The notes under the pieces: generated by a model | What the model saw: only the letters and a program-made list of their open reading frames with translations | Databases searched by the model: none | Told to the model about the DNA's origin: nothing | Translations under genes and position numbers: made by a program | Virus record (IMG/VR): IMGVR_UViG_3300028840_001168 | Span: 1-64,000 of that record | Source: a virus | Taxonomy: Duplodnaviria; Heunggongvirae; Uroviricota; Caudoviricetes | Length of the DNA: 64,000 bases | Strand: one strand, 5' to 3' | Shown here: piece after piece, positions 8,254 to 17,027 of the stretch | Layout of the letters: every line of letters begins with the position of its first letter | How positions within the stretch are numbered: position 1 is the stretch's first letter

Positions 8254-8804
8254 ACCCCTCTCGCAAGTGCAATGAAGATAGCTACACACACTACTAAGAT
8301 GAGTATCATCACCAAGGCCGAAGGCTCGGGCACGTCGCACGACCGATTCACCGGACCACGGGCCTGGAACAATGACAGGTAGGTGACACGCTCGCCACCC
8401 AGGTCATCAGTGCTCCAACTGCCGGTAATGTCCACCGTCCCCGCCGGGCAATCCTCCCAGGTCCAGTCACGGACGCAGTAGGCCGCCCAGGCGTCCTCTA
8501 CACCGACGACCAGCAGGTCCGGGAGATTCATCCCGTCCGAGTAGGCCCATAGGCCGCCCCAGGTATCGTTGACAGTGGCGGACAGGAGGCCGTTGCTGAC
8601 GTTCCACCCCGGCATTTCCAGGGTGGTCAGCTCGAACACATCCAGACCGACGTCACGAAAGATATCTTCCTCTGTCCCGTCCCCAGTGCCAGTGCCCATG
8701 AAGAGCCCGTCGTACACCCGGTAGAACCCAGGATCGGCGGGGTAGGCAAAGGCTGTGGACGTGAGCAGTAGGAAAGCGATCAGGTACTTCACGGCTTTCT
8801 CCAA
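8250..8804 (-). CDS. secreted PEP-CTERM domain protein
   Basis: Signal peptide MEKAVKYLIAFLLLTSTAFA. The C-terminus is VPEPSALVMILILVVCVAIFIALARGV, that is PEP, a hydrophobic helix and a basic end. Confidence 0.6.
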   Translation of the reverse strand: MEKAVKYLIAFLLLTSTAFAYPADPGFYRVYDGLFMGTGTGDGTEEDIFRDVGLDVFELTTLEMPGWNVSNGLLSATVNDTWGGLWAYSDGMNLPDLLVVGVEDAWAAYCVRDWTWEDCPAGTVDITGSWSTDDLGGERVTYLSLFQARGPVNRSCDVPEPSALVMILILVVCVAIFIALARGV

Positions 8805-9328
8805 ATCATCAGCCCAGCGATCCCGATACCGACAAGCATCAGTGTCGAAGGCTCTGGTGCATTGACACAGTCCACAGACCAGACGCTGGCATGGCTAAGG
8901 CCCTGCCCGCCCAGATGTAGACGAGTGTCCCAGGTCCCACTCTGTGTGATCGTATCATACTCAGGTAGTTCTTCACACGGAGGTAGGATACAGTAGGCCG
9001 CGAAGCCGCCGTTGGCCTTCATCGTCAACAGGTTGACAGGCGTAGTGCCCGTCCAACTCCAGGTGCCGGCGATCGGATCTTGAGGTAGCAACGTGAGTGG
9101 GTTGACCTCGCCGAACTCTGACACGTTGAGTGTGAAGGTGCCATCGGCACCTGGTGGGTCATCGACCTTGCCAAGCAGGCTGGCGTCGATACCCAGGGCT
9201 GCATTGACCGTTGCGACGTCATCGTTGCCGGTGAAGTAGCCGAGGAAGTCCCCAGGCTCACAGTCGGCGGCGGCGGCAGTCGGAACAATCAGTAACATAA
9301 ACAGCAGTGAGTAGATGATGCGTGTCAT
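8789..9328 (-). CDS. secreted PEP-CTERM domain protein (paralogous architecture)
   Basis: Signal peptide MTRIIYSLLFMLLIVPTAAAADC. The C-terminus APEPSTLMLVGIGIAGLMIWRKP is a classical PEP-CTERM sorting signal. Confidence 0.65.
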   Translation of the reverse strand: MTRIIYSLLFMLLIVPTAAAADCEPGDFLGYFTGNDDVATVNAALGIDASLLGKVDDPPGADGTFTLNVSEFGEVNPLTLLPQDPIAGTWSWTGTTPVNLLTMKANGGFAAYCILPPCEELPEYDTITQSGTWDTRLHLGGQGLSHASVWSVDCVNAPEPSTLMLVGIGIAGLMIWRKP

Positions 9329-9510
9329 CGGGTCTCCTGCATCAAGAAGTAGTTAGCGAGGGCACCGACCGATGGTAACGCCAGGGCAATAAAGACCCCA
9401 AACGCTTTATCGTCGTGCGACCCGCCAGGGAGGTAAAGAACGCTGAAAGTGAAGGCCACAACGGCCACCAGCAATCCAACATTCACGGCGTAGTTGATAG
9501 CGGAGTTCAT
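9325..9510 (-). CDS. small membrane protein (61 aa, 2 TM)
   Basis: Start at MNSAINY, with a GAGAGGTG SD. Two hydrophobic helices. Confidence 0.5.
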   Translation of the reverse strand: MNSAINYAVNVGLLVAVVAFTFSVLYLPGGSHDDKAFGVFIALALPSVGALANYFLMQETR

Positions 9511-9520
9511 CTTGCACCTC

Positions 9521-9817
9521 TCATTTGTGCTCGGGTCGAGGGTACAAAGGAATCTGCTTGAGGTCTCCATTCTTCAAGCGAACGGCGTTGAAGTGCGTAT
9601 CACACGCACGCTGGTCGCCCCGTGGTCGCCCCAGTTCCTTCTCCTCTTCGCGGGTCAGGAACTGCGGCCGGAACGTGAAAGCCTTGATATCCTCGTCATT
9701 GAACCCAGCCTTCTCGGCGTGCCGCCACAGGGCGAGCACGTCCATCAGGTACTGCTGCTCAGACGAGTGGGCCTTCAGGGAGTCCAGCAAGTCGTCGATG
9801 TTCGCGTGCTTCTTCAT
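9521..9817 (-). CDS. hypothetical protein (98 aa)
   Basis: ORF-track ORF. Its start overlaps the upstream micro-ORF stop as ATGA. Confidence 0.5.
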   Translation of the reverse strand: MKKHANIDDLLDSLKAHSSEQQYLMDVLALWRHAEKAGFNDEDIKAFTFRPQFLTREEEKELGRPRGDQRACDTHFNAVRLKNGDLKQIPLYPRPEHK

Positions 9818-9924
9818 AGCATCGGTCCAAGTAGTGCTTGGAGTAGGTTCCCAAAGCCGACGACCAGGGCCAACACTATGAGGCCCAGGGCGACGGCTGA
9901 TGCGATCTCGTTGATCCGTTCCAT
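9814..9924 (-). CDS. hydrophobic micro-protein (36 aa), likely leaderless
   Basis: MERINEIASAVALGLIVLALVVGFGNLLQALLGPML. Its ATG is 5 nt downstream of promoter P3's -10. Confidence 0.4.
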   Translation of the reverse strand: MERINEIASAVALGLIVLALVVGFGNLLQALLGPML

Positions 9925-9927
9925 ACT

Positions 9928-9958
9928 CAAGTATACCTCATGAATGGGGCGAGGTCAA
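9928..9958 (-). promoter_or_regulatory. sigma70-like promoter P3: TTGACC, 17-nt spacer, TATACT (GGTATACTTG)
   Basis: The minus strand reads TTTGACCTCGCCCCATTCATGAGGTATACTTGAGTATG. Confidence 0.55.
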
Positions 9959-9962
9959 ATAA

Positions 9963-11225
9963 TTATCCGACTTCTTTCATCAGGTCGATCTTGTACCGCT
10001 TCGGGCCCTTGTGCTCATAGGGGCACCGCAGCTTCACCGGCAGCCGCCAGGTGATGCCGTACTCCTTGTTGACCCCGTGGATCAACTGGGAGGGCTCGGT
10101 CCAGCCACCGATGGCGTTGAAGGCGAAGGCGTCTGAGGCAGGCCAGGCACCGTTGATGATCATCTCCCCGTTCAGCTCGGTGGTCGATCCCGGTCGGTGG
10201 AAGTGTCCGCAACAATGATAGCGTACTGGAGTGCCCTTTTGCACTGAATTGAGGGCCGTAATACGCTGCTTCCGCCTCTCAAGACCATACCAGGGGATAC
10301 CAAGCGACGAGCGAATGTCGTCACCGTGGAAGATACAGAAGCCCACGCCCCCGATATCCAGGTTGATGGAGAACGAGTTCGGGATCGTGAACGCGACGTT
10401 GGTGAGGTCTGCACAGTACAACTCCGCTGTCTTGGCGATCAGGTAATCCCAATTATCATGGGCACCATGATAATCTTTCTTGGTCGACCGCCGGCCGTGA
10501 TTGCCGGGAACGTAGACGACGTTGACCTGGTCGAAGTACGGAGCCAGGTCGCGGAACATGAGCGAGTGTAGCTGGCCGATCGCCAGGGTGTTCTTGAACA
10601 TGTTCTTGAAATACGAACGGGTGGCCGCCCCGTGGATCTCGCCGCTGGTGTGGTCACCGTAGGCCAGGACCGTCAGGGTCGGGAACTTGAACTGTGGGGC
10701 CAGCGTCTGCTGGGTCCACTTGATGATCGTGTCCACGTACCGCTCAGCGCGGCACATCGAGATCGGGAAGTCATAGGTCTCCAGGCCGCCCGTGTCGCTG
10801 GGCGTGACGATCTGGTCGTGGTGGCCGTCCGACAGGTGCATGACCAGGTGCTCGGAGATCCCTTCCTTGACAGACCCAACCTCAAACGGGCGGGCCGGCG
10901 GTAGGGCCTTCATCGGGGTGACGATGCGTTGCATCTCGTCCACGACCGAGGAGAACAGCCCCTGAGTCTTGGCCGCAGCCTTTAGCTGCCGCTTGTACTC
11001 GTTGCGTTCCTCCCGCAGGTGCTCGATCTCGCCCCGCAGCTTGAGGAACTGATTATCCGAATCTGGTTCAGGGGCTGTGACATCCTTGTGAACCCGCCCG
11101 GTAGAAATGTCGCTGATGACTGATCTACTCACTCCGAACTGTTCTCCAATCTGGGCTTGGGTCATGACCTTCTCCGAGAGGGCCACCTTAATGTCACGCA
11201 CATTGTCGTCAGTAAGCTTGGTCAT
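9963..11225 (-). CDS. HTH domain fused to a calcineurin-like metallophosphoesterase
   Basis: N-terminal HTH (MTQAQIGEQFGVSRSVISDI). MPP motifs LSDGHHD, YGDHTSGE, PGNHG and GHFHRPG. Confidence 0.7.
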   Translation of the reverse strand: MTKLTDDNVRDIKVALSEKVMTQAQIGEQFGVSRSVISDISTGRVHKDVTAPEPDSDNQFLKLRGEIEHLREERNEYKRQLKAAAKTQGLFSSVVDEMQRIVTPMKALPPARPFEVGSVKEGISEHLVMHLSDGHHDQIVTPSDTGGLETYDFPISMCRAERYVDTIIKWTQQTLAPQFKFPTLTVLAYGDHTSGEIHGAATRSYFKNMFKNTLAIGQLHSLMFRDLAPYFDQVNVVYVPGNHGRRSTKKDYHGAHDNWDYLIAKTAELYCADLTNVAFTIPNSFSINLDIGGVGFCIFHGDDIRSSLGIPWYGLERRKQRITALNSVQKGTPVRYHCCGHFHRPGSTTELNGEMIINGAWPASDAFAFNAIGGWTEPSQLIHGVNKEYGITWRLPVKLRCPYEHKGPKRYKIDLMKEVG

Positions 11226-13030
11226 TCGTCATCTCCAATGATGATGGGGGTATCGGTTTTAGCGATCGGGTGGTTCTCGAAGATGTACTCGAATGCCTGG
11301 AGGAAGTGCTTCTTCTCGTCCTCCTTAAATAGTATACCATGTAAATCCAGGCTGTCAAGTTCTTGGCGATATTCCGCCAACTTTACCGGATCGTCGATGA
11401 ATGATACACAGCATTCGATGAACCCTTCTGCATTATCGAAGCTCAGCTCGGGCATGCCCAGCTCTCGGAGCAGATAGGAACAGGCCCGGTTGTAGTACCT
11501 GTCACCCTCCAAGGTCATGATGGGCAGTCCCAGGAATAGAGACTCGATCACCGTATTGTAACCGCCGAAGGGGTACGAGTTCACGGAGAAGTCGCCCTTC
11601 TCGGCGTCCTCCATGTACTCGTAGTATTCCTTGTCGCAGACAATGAACGAGTTCGGTAGGATCTCGGACACAGACTTCTTGAACGGATAGAAGCCAGCGT
11701 ACCGGTGGATGCCGGGGCTCGGGAACATCCGCCATTGATGCTTCCGCTTCGCCCGCTTACTGATCTCAGCCAGGATCGACAACATGTGGTAGTTGTATTT
11801 GTCCGGGCCCCAGACGCAGTTGATCTGGAGTTCGTCCTCGTCACCCTTGACCTGGTAGTTGCCCTTCTTCTCGTACTGAGGCCAGACCGGAGCCTGGGCC
11901 AGTCCAGGGATCAGAACCATCTGCTCACCGTAGCAGTGGCCGACTTCCTTCTCACAAGTGCCGCCGATGAAGTAGTCGATCTCGGAGTTGTCACCAGAGG
12001 TGGCCGGGTGCCCGTAACCCATTGCCTGGATCGGGGCGATACGGCAGTTCGACATCCACAGGCACTCGTCGTTCATGCCAATGTCCGGGTAGTAGACAGC
12101 GGCGAACTTGTTGTCCAGTACCTCCGGCGGCAGCCGCAGTTCCTGCCCAACGAACTTGGCGTTGACAATCTTCTCGAATCCCTCAGTGACTAGGTTCTTG
12201 GGCACGTTTTCCCCAAGGTGGACTAGGGTCAAGTCGTACTTGTCCCTAAGCTGGTTCACCAGTGGGGCGGCCGACTTGTATACCGCATGGTTACGGTGCC
12301 ACTTAGCCGTGATGATTGCGATCTTTCTGGGGTCTGGGTCATTCTTAATGTCCCAGATGAACTTCTTCTTACACGCGGCGTTTATGATCCCCTTCACTCG
12401 GCGATCCTCGGCCGGGGCCAAGTAGGTGGTCGTGAAGTATTGGCAAGACACCTTCTGGTGTGGGGTCTGCCACCGCTCGTCCATCTGTTCCGCGTGCCGT
12501 TGAAGGTTACGAAGCTGAACCGCTGATGGGTTGCTGGTTCCCAGGGTGTAGGTGGTGTACCACAGGCTGGCAGTGGACGGCTCAACGTCGAAGAGTGTCT
12601 TGACGTCGATCACAGTTTCACACCGTTGGTTGTACAGGAACAGAACCTTCATCAGATTGTCTGATTGACGCAGTACGTGGAGCAGGATGCCGTCCGTAGT
12701 GCCGTAAGCTGACGAAGCGACCAGGTTACAAAAGAGGTGGTTGGTGGCGATCAGGTTTAGGCCCTCGTTACCCTCCACCTTGAACTCTTCGTCAGCCATC
12801 AGGGCGAACACCGTGGCGACGAGGTTGTCGATGCGTAGTAGGTCGGCTTGACCGTAAGCTGTGAAATGGACGGCCTCGAAGAACTGCAACACTTGGTGCA
12901 GGGAGTTCAAGATGTGCTTGTGCTCACCCCGGGCCAAAGCGTTATAGTACCGACGCACCAGGACAGTTGGGAGGTTGGAGGACGCGCCGTCCTTGTTCTT
13001 CACCGGCATAATGTTTAGAGGTTTGGCCAT
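11222..13030 (-). CDS. GT41-family (O-GlcNAc-transferase-like) glycosyltransferase
   Basis: RIAPIQAMGYGHPATSGDNSEIDYFIGG matches the OGT catalytic-domain segment RPAPIQAMWLGYPGTSG...DYIITD. 602 aa. Confidence 0.7.
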   Translation of the reverse strand: MAKPLNIMPVKNKDGASSNLPTVLVRRYYNALARGEHKHILNSLHQVLQFFEAVHFTAYGQADLLRIDNLVATVFALMADEEFKVEGNEGLNLIATNHLFCNLVASSAYGTTDGILLHVLRQSDNLMKVLFLYNQRCETVIDVKTLFDVEPSTASLWYTTYTLGTSNPSAVQLRNLQRHAEQMDERWQTPHQKVSCQYFTTTYLAPAEDRRVKGIINAACKKKFIWDIKNDPDPRKIAIITAKWHRNHAVYKSAAPLVNQLRDKYDLTLVHLGENVPKNLVTEGFEKIVNAKFVGQELRLPPEVLDNKFAAVYYPDIGMNDECLWMSNCRIAPIQAMGYGHPATSGDNSEIDYFIGGTCEKEVGHCYGEQMVLIPGLAQAPVWPQYEKKGNYQVKGDEDELQINCVWGPDKYNYHMLSILAEISKRAKRKHQWRMFPSPGIHRYAGFYPFKKSVSEILPNSFIVCDKEYYEYMEDAEKGDFSVNSYPFGGYNTVIESLFLGLPIMTLEGDRYYNRACSYLLRELGMPELSFDNAEGFIECCVSFIDDPVKLAEYRQELDSLDLHGILFKEDEKKHFLQAFEYIFENHPIAKTDTPIIIGDDE

Positions 13031-13032
13031 GA

Positions 13033-14178
13033 TTATCCTTGGTAGGTTACGAGTTTACCGTTCGAGAAGTTGGCCACGCGACCAACCGGGTAGCCCTCTC
13101 GGACTATCTCCTCTGCAATGTCTCCGACTCGCCACGACGTAGTGACGACCACAATATCGGGGAGGTGTTTACGTAGGGACGAGGGCGACTCAATGCGGTA
13201 CGGAGTGCCCGGGACGTACTTACCCCACTTACGTTCGTCACTATCGACGACCGGGAAGGGGGCGTTCAACATATTGATAAGGGTGGCACCCTTGCCGGCA
13301 CCGCCCCACAGGACGACGCTGCCGGGACGTTCTCGGTGCATTTCCCACAGCATGTTGCCTATCAAGTTGATGTTGTTCTCCAGGTTAATGAAGTCGCCCC
13401 TCTTGCTCCTCATGTCAGGGCCGTACACGGCGAACTCGGCCACGAGGACTTCGGTATTGTAAGTGACCCACATGTGGGAGCAGGCCCAACCGCTTCGACG
13501 TGCGGCCTCGGCCAAGCTGTCAGGGGAGAAGTGGTGTGGGTGCTCGTAGACCCAGTCTTCAATGCGACCATTGTTCAGGGCGTTGGTGACGCACGGGACC
13601 TCGACTACCAGCTTGGGGCGTAGGCCGCTACGCTTTGCCTCGGTAGACAGACGACGCATGAACCCGACAGGATCTGTCATGTGTTCGAGTACGTGACGCA
13701 TCAGGATAACATCAGGCACGACCAGATCCATGTCTGTCTCTGGAGCGAAGTATTGCTTCTTAGTCTCAACGTGCTTGCTGCATTCGTTGGCATCGTCGGT
13801 TGGCTCGTACGCGATGTATGGAAGGTCGTGTAGGAAGCGGGCGAACTCACCGTTGCCGGCACCTATCTCTACGATAGGTCCTATGGTGATAACGCTCCTA
13901 AGAGCCTCGGCCACCTCTGCCATGTGCCGGTGCCAGGGACCGCCCTTGTTGTACATGGTGCAGCCGCCCTCGAAGGGCTGCTCGAAGTCTGGATCATAGC
14001 CGTCGTTATAGACGTGGCCGCATAGCTGGCAGCGGCACATGCTGATCGAGTGGGACTTACCCTCAATTGATTTGTCCGGGTCTGCCTGTATGCCAAGCAC
14101 ACTCAGGGGCATCAGCCCAAGATCAATAAGGGATTCAGTCTCGTGCTGACCACAAATCGGACAAGGCATTACCAGCAT
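13033..14178 (-). CDS. SAM-dependent methyltransferase with an N-terminal zinc ribbon (sugar C-methyltransferase TylCIII/NovU-like)
   Basis: CPICG...IDLG...MPL...CQLCGHV zinc ribbon, typical of the Methyltransf_13 N-domain. SAM motif I VEIGAGNGEFARFL. About 380 aa. Confidence 0.7.
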   Translation of the reverse strand: MLVMPCPICGQHETESLIDLGLMPLSVLGIQADPDKSIEGKSHSISMCRCQLCGHVYNDGYDPDFEQPFEGGCTMYNKGGPWHRHMAEVAEALRSVITIGPIVEIGAGNGEFARFLHDLPYIAYEPTDDANECSKHVETKKQYFAPETDMDLVVPDVILMRHVLEHMTDPVGFMRRLSTEAKRSGLRPKLVVEVPCVTNALNNGRIEDWVYEHPHHFSPDSLAEAARRSGWACSHMWVTYNTEVLVAEFAVYGPDMRSKRGDFINLENNINLIGNMLWEMHRERPGSVVLWGGAGKGATLINMLNAPFPVVDSDERKWGKYVPGTPYRIESPSSLRKHLPDIVVVTTSWRVGDIAEEIVREGYPVGRVANFSNGKLVTYQG

Positions 14179-14342
14179 TACCAACCCTCTCTATCAGAAG
14201 CCATTTGATCCACAACGATGTACACGCCCTGGGAGTCGTCTTCCACACGCACCACTGGCTCAAGTACGTCGTTCTTGTCGACAAATACTTCAGCGTCGGG
14301 AGGGAGAAGTTCAAGGGCTTCCATCAGTTCTACAACTGTCAT
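14178..14342 (-). CDS. hypothetical small protein (54 aa)
   Basis: MTVVELMEALELLPPDAEVFVDKNDVLEPVVRVEDDSQGVYIVVDQMASDREGW, below the track cutoff. TAATG and ATGA overlaps with neighbours. Confidence 0.35.
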   Translation of the reverse strand: MTVVELMEALELLPPDAEVFVDKNDVLEPVVRVEDDSQGVYIVVDQMASDREGW

Positions 14343-14494
14343 TCGTCGAGGTCCCTCAGTTTCTGCCGCAAGTCATCCAGGATGACCTGAAGCTCTTCCA
14401 TTTGTCGAATGAACACCCTCATTTGAGTAACGAGGCCAGCCACCGCGACGTTGGCTGTTTGTTCTTTACACGGTCCAGTTCCAGTTCCACACAT
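14339..14494 (-). CDS. hypothetical small Cys-containing protein (51 aa)
   Basis: MCGTGTGPCKEQTANVAVAGLVTQMRVFIRQMEELQVILDDLRQKLRDLDE, in the gap between the helicase and methyltransferase genes. Confidence 0.35.
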   Translation of the reverse strand: MCGTGTGPCKEQTANVAVAGLVTQMRVFIRQMEELQVILDDLRQKLRDLDE

Positions 14495-14495
14495 G

Positions 14496-16286
14496 TCACA
14501 CATCCAAACTCTCCTGTACTTCGCCCAGGGTGAGCAGCTCCAGCTTGCGGTTCTCCTTCAGCACGTTCCGCACATGCTCGTCACTGGGCAGGTGGTAAAG
14601 GTCAACAATCGTTGCCCCGAGGTTGTCGTCCATTCCCATTCTGTGGATTCGATCCTCGGCCTGAGATCGGGACTCGGGGTTAAAGTCATTCGAGTAGAAC
14701 ACGGCCATACGGCTCTCAGTCAACGTCAAGCCCAGGCCGCCAGACTGCGGGTGTGCCAGGAATACGACCCGCTGCGCATTTCCGCTCCAATGATCCAAGG
14801 GCTTGGTCTCTCGGATGTAGTCCTTGGTCAGCTTCTCACCGAATATCTTCCAGCCCCGCCCGTCGACTTGGACAACGTCCCAGCCCTGGTTGAGGCACAG
14901 ATCACGTACCCGGTTGATGGACCCGGTGAAGCCGGCGAAGATCACGATCCTCCCCTGGTCCTCACACTCGTCCAGCAGGTCCTTGACTGCCTCGTCCTTC
15001 GGACAGGGTACCTGCTTGTCGTGTCGCTCCATGATCGGAATGACGCCACGTCCTTCGCACTTGTCGCAGTCGTCGTCAGGTTCGTAGGGCGTGCCGGTCA
15101 GGGACTGGCAGCACTCGCACGTCCGCTCACCGACCTGCTTCTCGGTGTACTGGAAGCCATCGCTCAGCTCTCGCAGCCAGGTCAGGGCCTGGATGGCAGT
15201 CGGGGCGATCTCGGCCAGGTGCTCGGCAACGCGCTTTATCGTGCGCGATGGTTCCAGGTGGATTTCCCTATACTGCTTATCGGGCAGGTCGAGGCAATCT
15301 TTCTTGAGGAAGGGCACGGCCAGGCCGTCAAGCCTTTTCTCCAGGAAAGCTACTTCGTTGACGCTCGGGACGAACTGGTGGTCCTCGACTCCGGCGTGGT
15401 ACTGGCCACACTGGGCACACTTCTCTTCGTCGTCCAGCCAAGTGATACGGTCCCAGTAGAACCCGTCCGGTTTCTTCTTCTTCTCGTACAGCCCAAGCCG
15501 TCGCTCGAAGGACCGCAGGCTGCCCTCACGCAGGAATCCGGGGTACGCGATCTCAGCCTGGCTCCACCAGTCCAGAGGGGACTTTGGACTGGGGGTACCA
15601 GACATGAGAACCACGAAACCCGTCTTTCCGTGCTCCTCGCGGATGGCGTCCGCCAGGGCCTGGGCTGCTTTGGTTCGCTGTGCAGTCGGGGTCTTGAGCC
15701 GGCTGGACTCGTCGAAGACCACGCCCTCTGGAGCCGGGGCCCCAGACCGCCAGGTCTTCATGGCCTTGGTGAGCCCCTCGTAGGTCATCAGCTTGGGGTG
15801 TACCCGCAGGTCCCACTTCTCGAACTCCCTCTCGACCGCTCGGATGGCGGACTTGGGGCCGACCCACCACCAGTCCATGCAGCAGGACTTCTCGATGATC
15901 TCGATCGCGGCCAGGGTCTTACCAAGGCCCATTTCCGCCGCGAGGATCGCGTAGTGGTAGGTCAACACATGATCGGCCATAGCCCGCTGGTGGGCCCGGA
16001 GCGGACGCTCGTACTCGTTCTTCTGGACCGGGTGGTCCCACCACTCGTACGGGTTGTCGCCCTGGAGATACGATATTTGGAAGCGGTTCCGCTGGCAGTC
16101 CAGGGCGCTCCACATCTTGACCGGCGGGTCTTCCATACCGTGCCACTTGGCACCTTGGAGGGCCTTGATCTCGTCCTTCAGCGCGAAGGCAGACTCCACG
16201 AACCAGAAGCGGCCGTCACGAAGTTCCAGCGTCACCGGGTACTTGTATACTCGGCCGTTTCGCTCGATACGGAACTTCGTTCTCAT
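14496..16286 (-). CDS. SNF2-family (Rad54-like) helicase with a zinc-finger insertion
   Basis: Walker A AAEMGLGKT, DExx as VVFDESSRLK, LMSGTP, and helicase-C motif FNPESRSQAEDRIHRMG. Cys clusters CAQCG and CDKCEGRG. Confidence 0.85.
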   Translation of the reverse strand: MRTKFRIERNGRVYKYPVTLELRDGRFWFVESAFALKDEIKALQGAKWHGMEDPPVKMWSALDCQRNRFQISYLQGDNPYEWWDHPVQKNEYERPLRAHQRAMADHVLTYHYAILAAEMGLGKTLAAIEIIEKSCCMDWWWVGPKSAIRAVEREFEKWDLRVHPKLMTYEGLTKAMKTWRSGAPAPEGVVFDESSRLKTPTAQRTKAAQALADAIREEHGKTGFVVLMSGTPSPKSPLDWWSQAEIAYPGFLREGSLRSFERRLGLYEKKKKPDGFYWDRITWLDDEEKCAQCGQYHAGVEDHQFVPSVNEVAFLEKRLDGLAVPFLKKDCLDLPDKQYREIHLEPSRTIKRVAEHLAEIAPTAIQALTWLRELSDGFQYTEKQVGERTCECCQSLTGTPYEPDDDCDKCEGRGVIPIMERHDKQVPCPKDEAVKDLLDECEDQGRIVIFAGFTGSINRVRDLCLNQGWDVVQVDGRGWKIFGEKLTKDYIRETKPLDHWSGNAQRVVFLAHPQSGGLGLTLTESRMAVFYSNDFNPESRSQAEDRIHRMGMDDNLGATIVDLYHLPSDEHVRNVLKENRKLELLTLGEVQESLDV

Positions 16287-16756
16287 GGTTTGAACTCCAG
16301 TAGGAAGGTGCCATCGCTTTGCGTACGTTTGACCGTCTTCCCAAGTATACCATCCAAAGACCGCTGTGTCAAGTCAGTGGCTACCCGATTGAAGACTTTT
16401 CGCACCTCGATGGCGGTACGAGCGGAACAGCCCCGGCGGATGGCGTCCCGCCACTCCGGGATTGAGCCGGCCAGGATGGCGACCCTGATGCCGCGTGTCT
16501 GACTGTCCACCCAGATGTGGGGCATACCAGCGGTCTGGATAATGTCTGGCATGTCCCGCTCGTCAGAGGCGATCATGTAGGCAGCGGAGTATAGCTGGTC
16601 AACGTCCTCCAGCTCCCCGTCGACCAGGCCAGCCACGCACATCATGTTGTGGGCCTCGGTACCGATGACCTCCGAGTCGGCACGGGCAGATACGCCATGT
16701 CCCACAGCCTGCCGGGCGATCGGCAGGAAGGTGTTCATGTCGAAAGCCGAGAACAT
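16283..16756 (-). CDS. hypothetical protein (a RuvC-like resolvase fold is possible but unproven)
   Basis: Start taken at MFSAFDMNTF. The N-terminal 42 residues of the track ORF are low-complexity. The acidic residues D...E...D...D are spaced as in RNase-H-like resolvases, a weak argument. Confidence 0.45.
   Translation of the reverse strand: MFSAFDMNTFLPIARQAVGHGVSARADSEVIGTEAHNMMCVAGLVDGELEDVDQLYSAAYMIASDERDMPDIIQTAGMPHIWVDSQTRGIRVAILAGSIPEWRDAIRRGCSARTAIEVRKVFNRVATDLTQRSLDGILGKTVKRTQSDGTFLLEFKP
16342..16372 (-). promoter_or_regulatory. sigma70-like promoter P4: TTGACA, 17-nt spacer, TATACT (GGTATACTTG)
   Basis: The minus strand reads CTTGACACAGCGGTCTTTGGATGGTATACTTGGGAAG, about 55 nt upstream of the helicase ATG, which has a GGAG SD. 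Confidence 0.55.
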
Positions 16757-16763
16757 CACCAAC

Positions 16764-17027
16764 TTAACCGCTATCACGTAACTGCTCCATTTCGTTGGCG
16801 ATATACTCCAGGCGAGCCGCCTGGGCCACCAGGATTTTAGCAGCTCTGGTGAGGAGATTGTCAGCCCACTTGGAGCGGGCATCGGCCAATTTGTAATTCC
16901 CCCTGGCCTTTAGGTTCTGAGCCTGGATCTCGTACTGGTTGAACTTGACCAGGACAGCGAGGGCATCTCCATGCCCGTCCGCCATCTGGTCAATCAAACC
17001 GCGTACCCTAGCTGCTCGGTCTCTCAT
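16764..17027 (-). CDS. hypothetical protein (87 aa)
   Basis: ORF-track ORF with helical composition. Confidence 0.45.
   Translation of the reverse strand: MRDRAARVRGLIDQMADGHGDALAVLVKFNQYEIQAQNLKARGNYKLADARSKWADNLLTRAAKILVAQAARLEYIANEMEQLRDSG

Noticed and set aside
14451-16502. Long plus-strand ORF (683 aa) and similar long ORFs such as 19906-20838(-), 21085-21936(-), 6658-7467(+), 44475-45248(+), 48567-49409(+) and 49515-50276(+)
   Set aside because: They lie antisense to strongly supported genes (SNF2 helicase, primase-helicase, RNR, capsid, portal). Their translations are Arg/Pro/Gly-rich low complexity, typical of stop-poor antisense frames in high-GC DNA.
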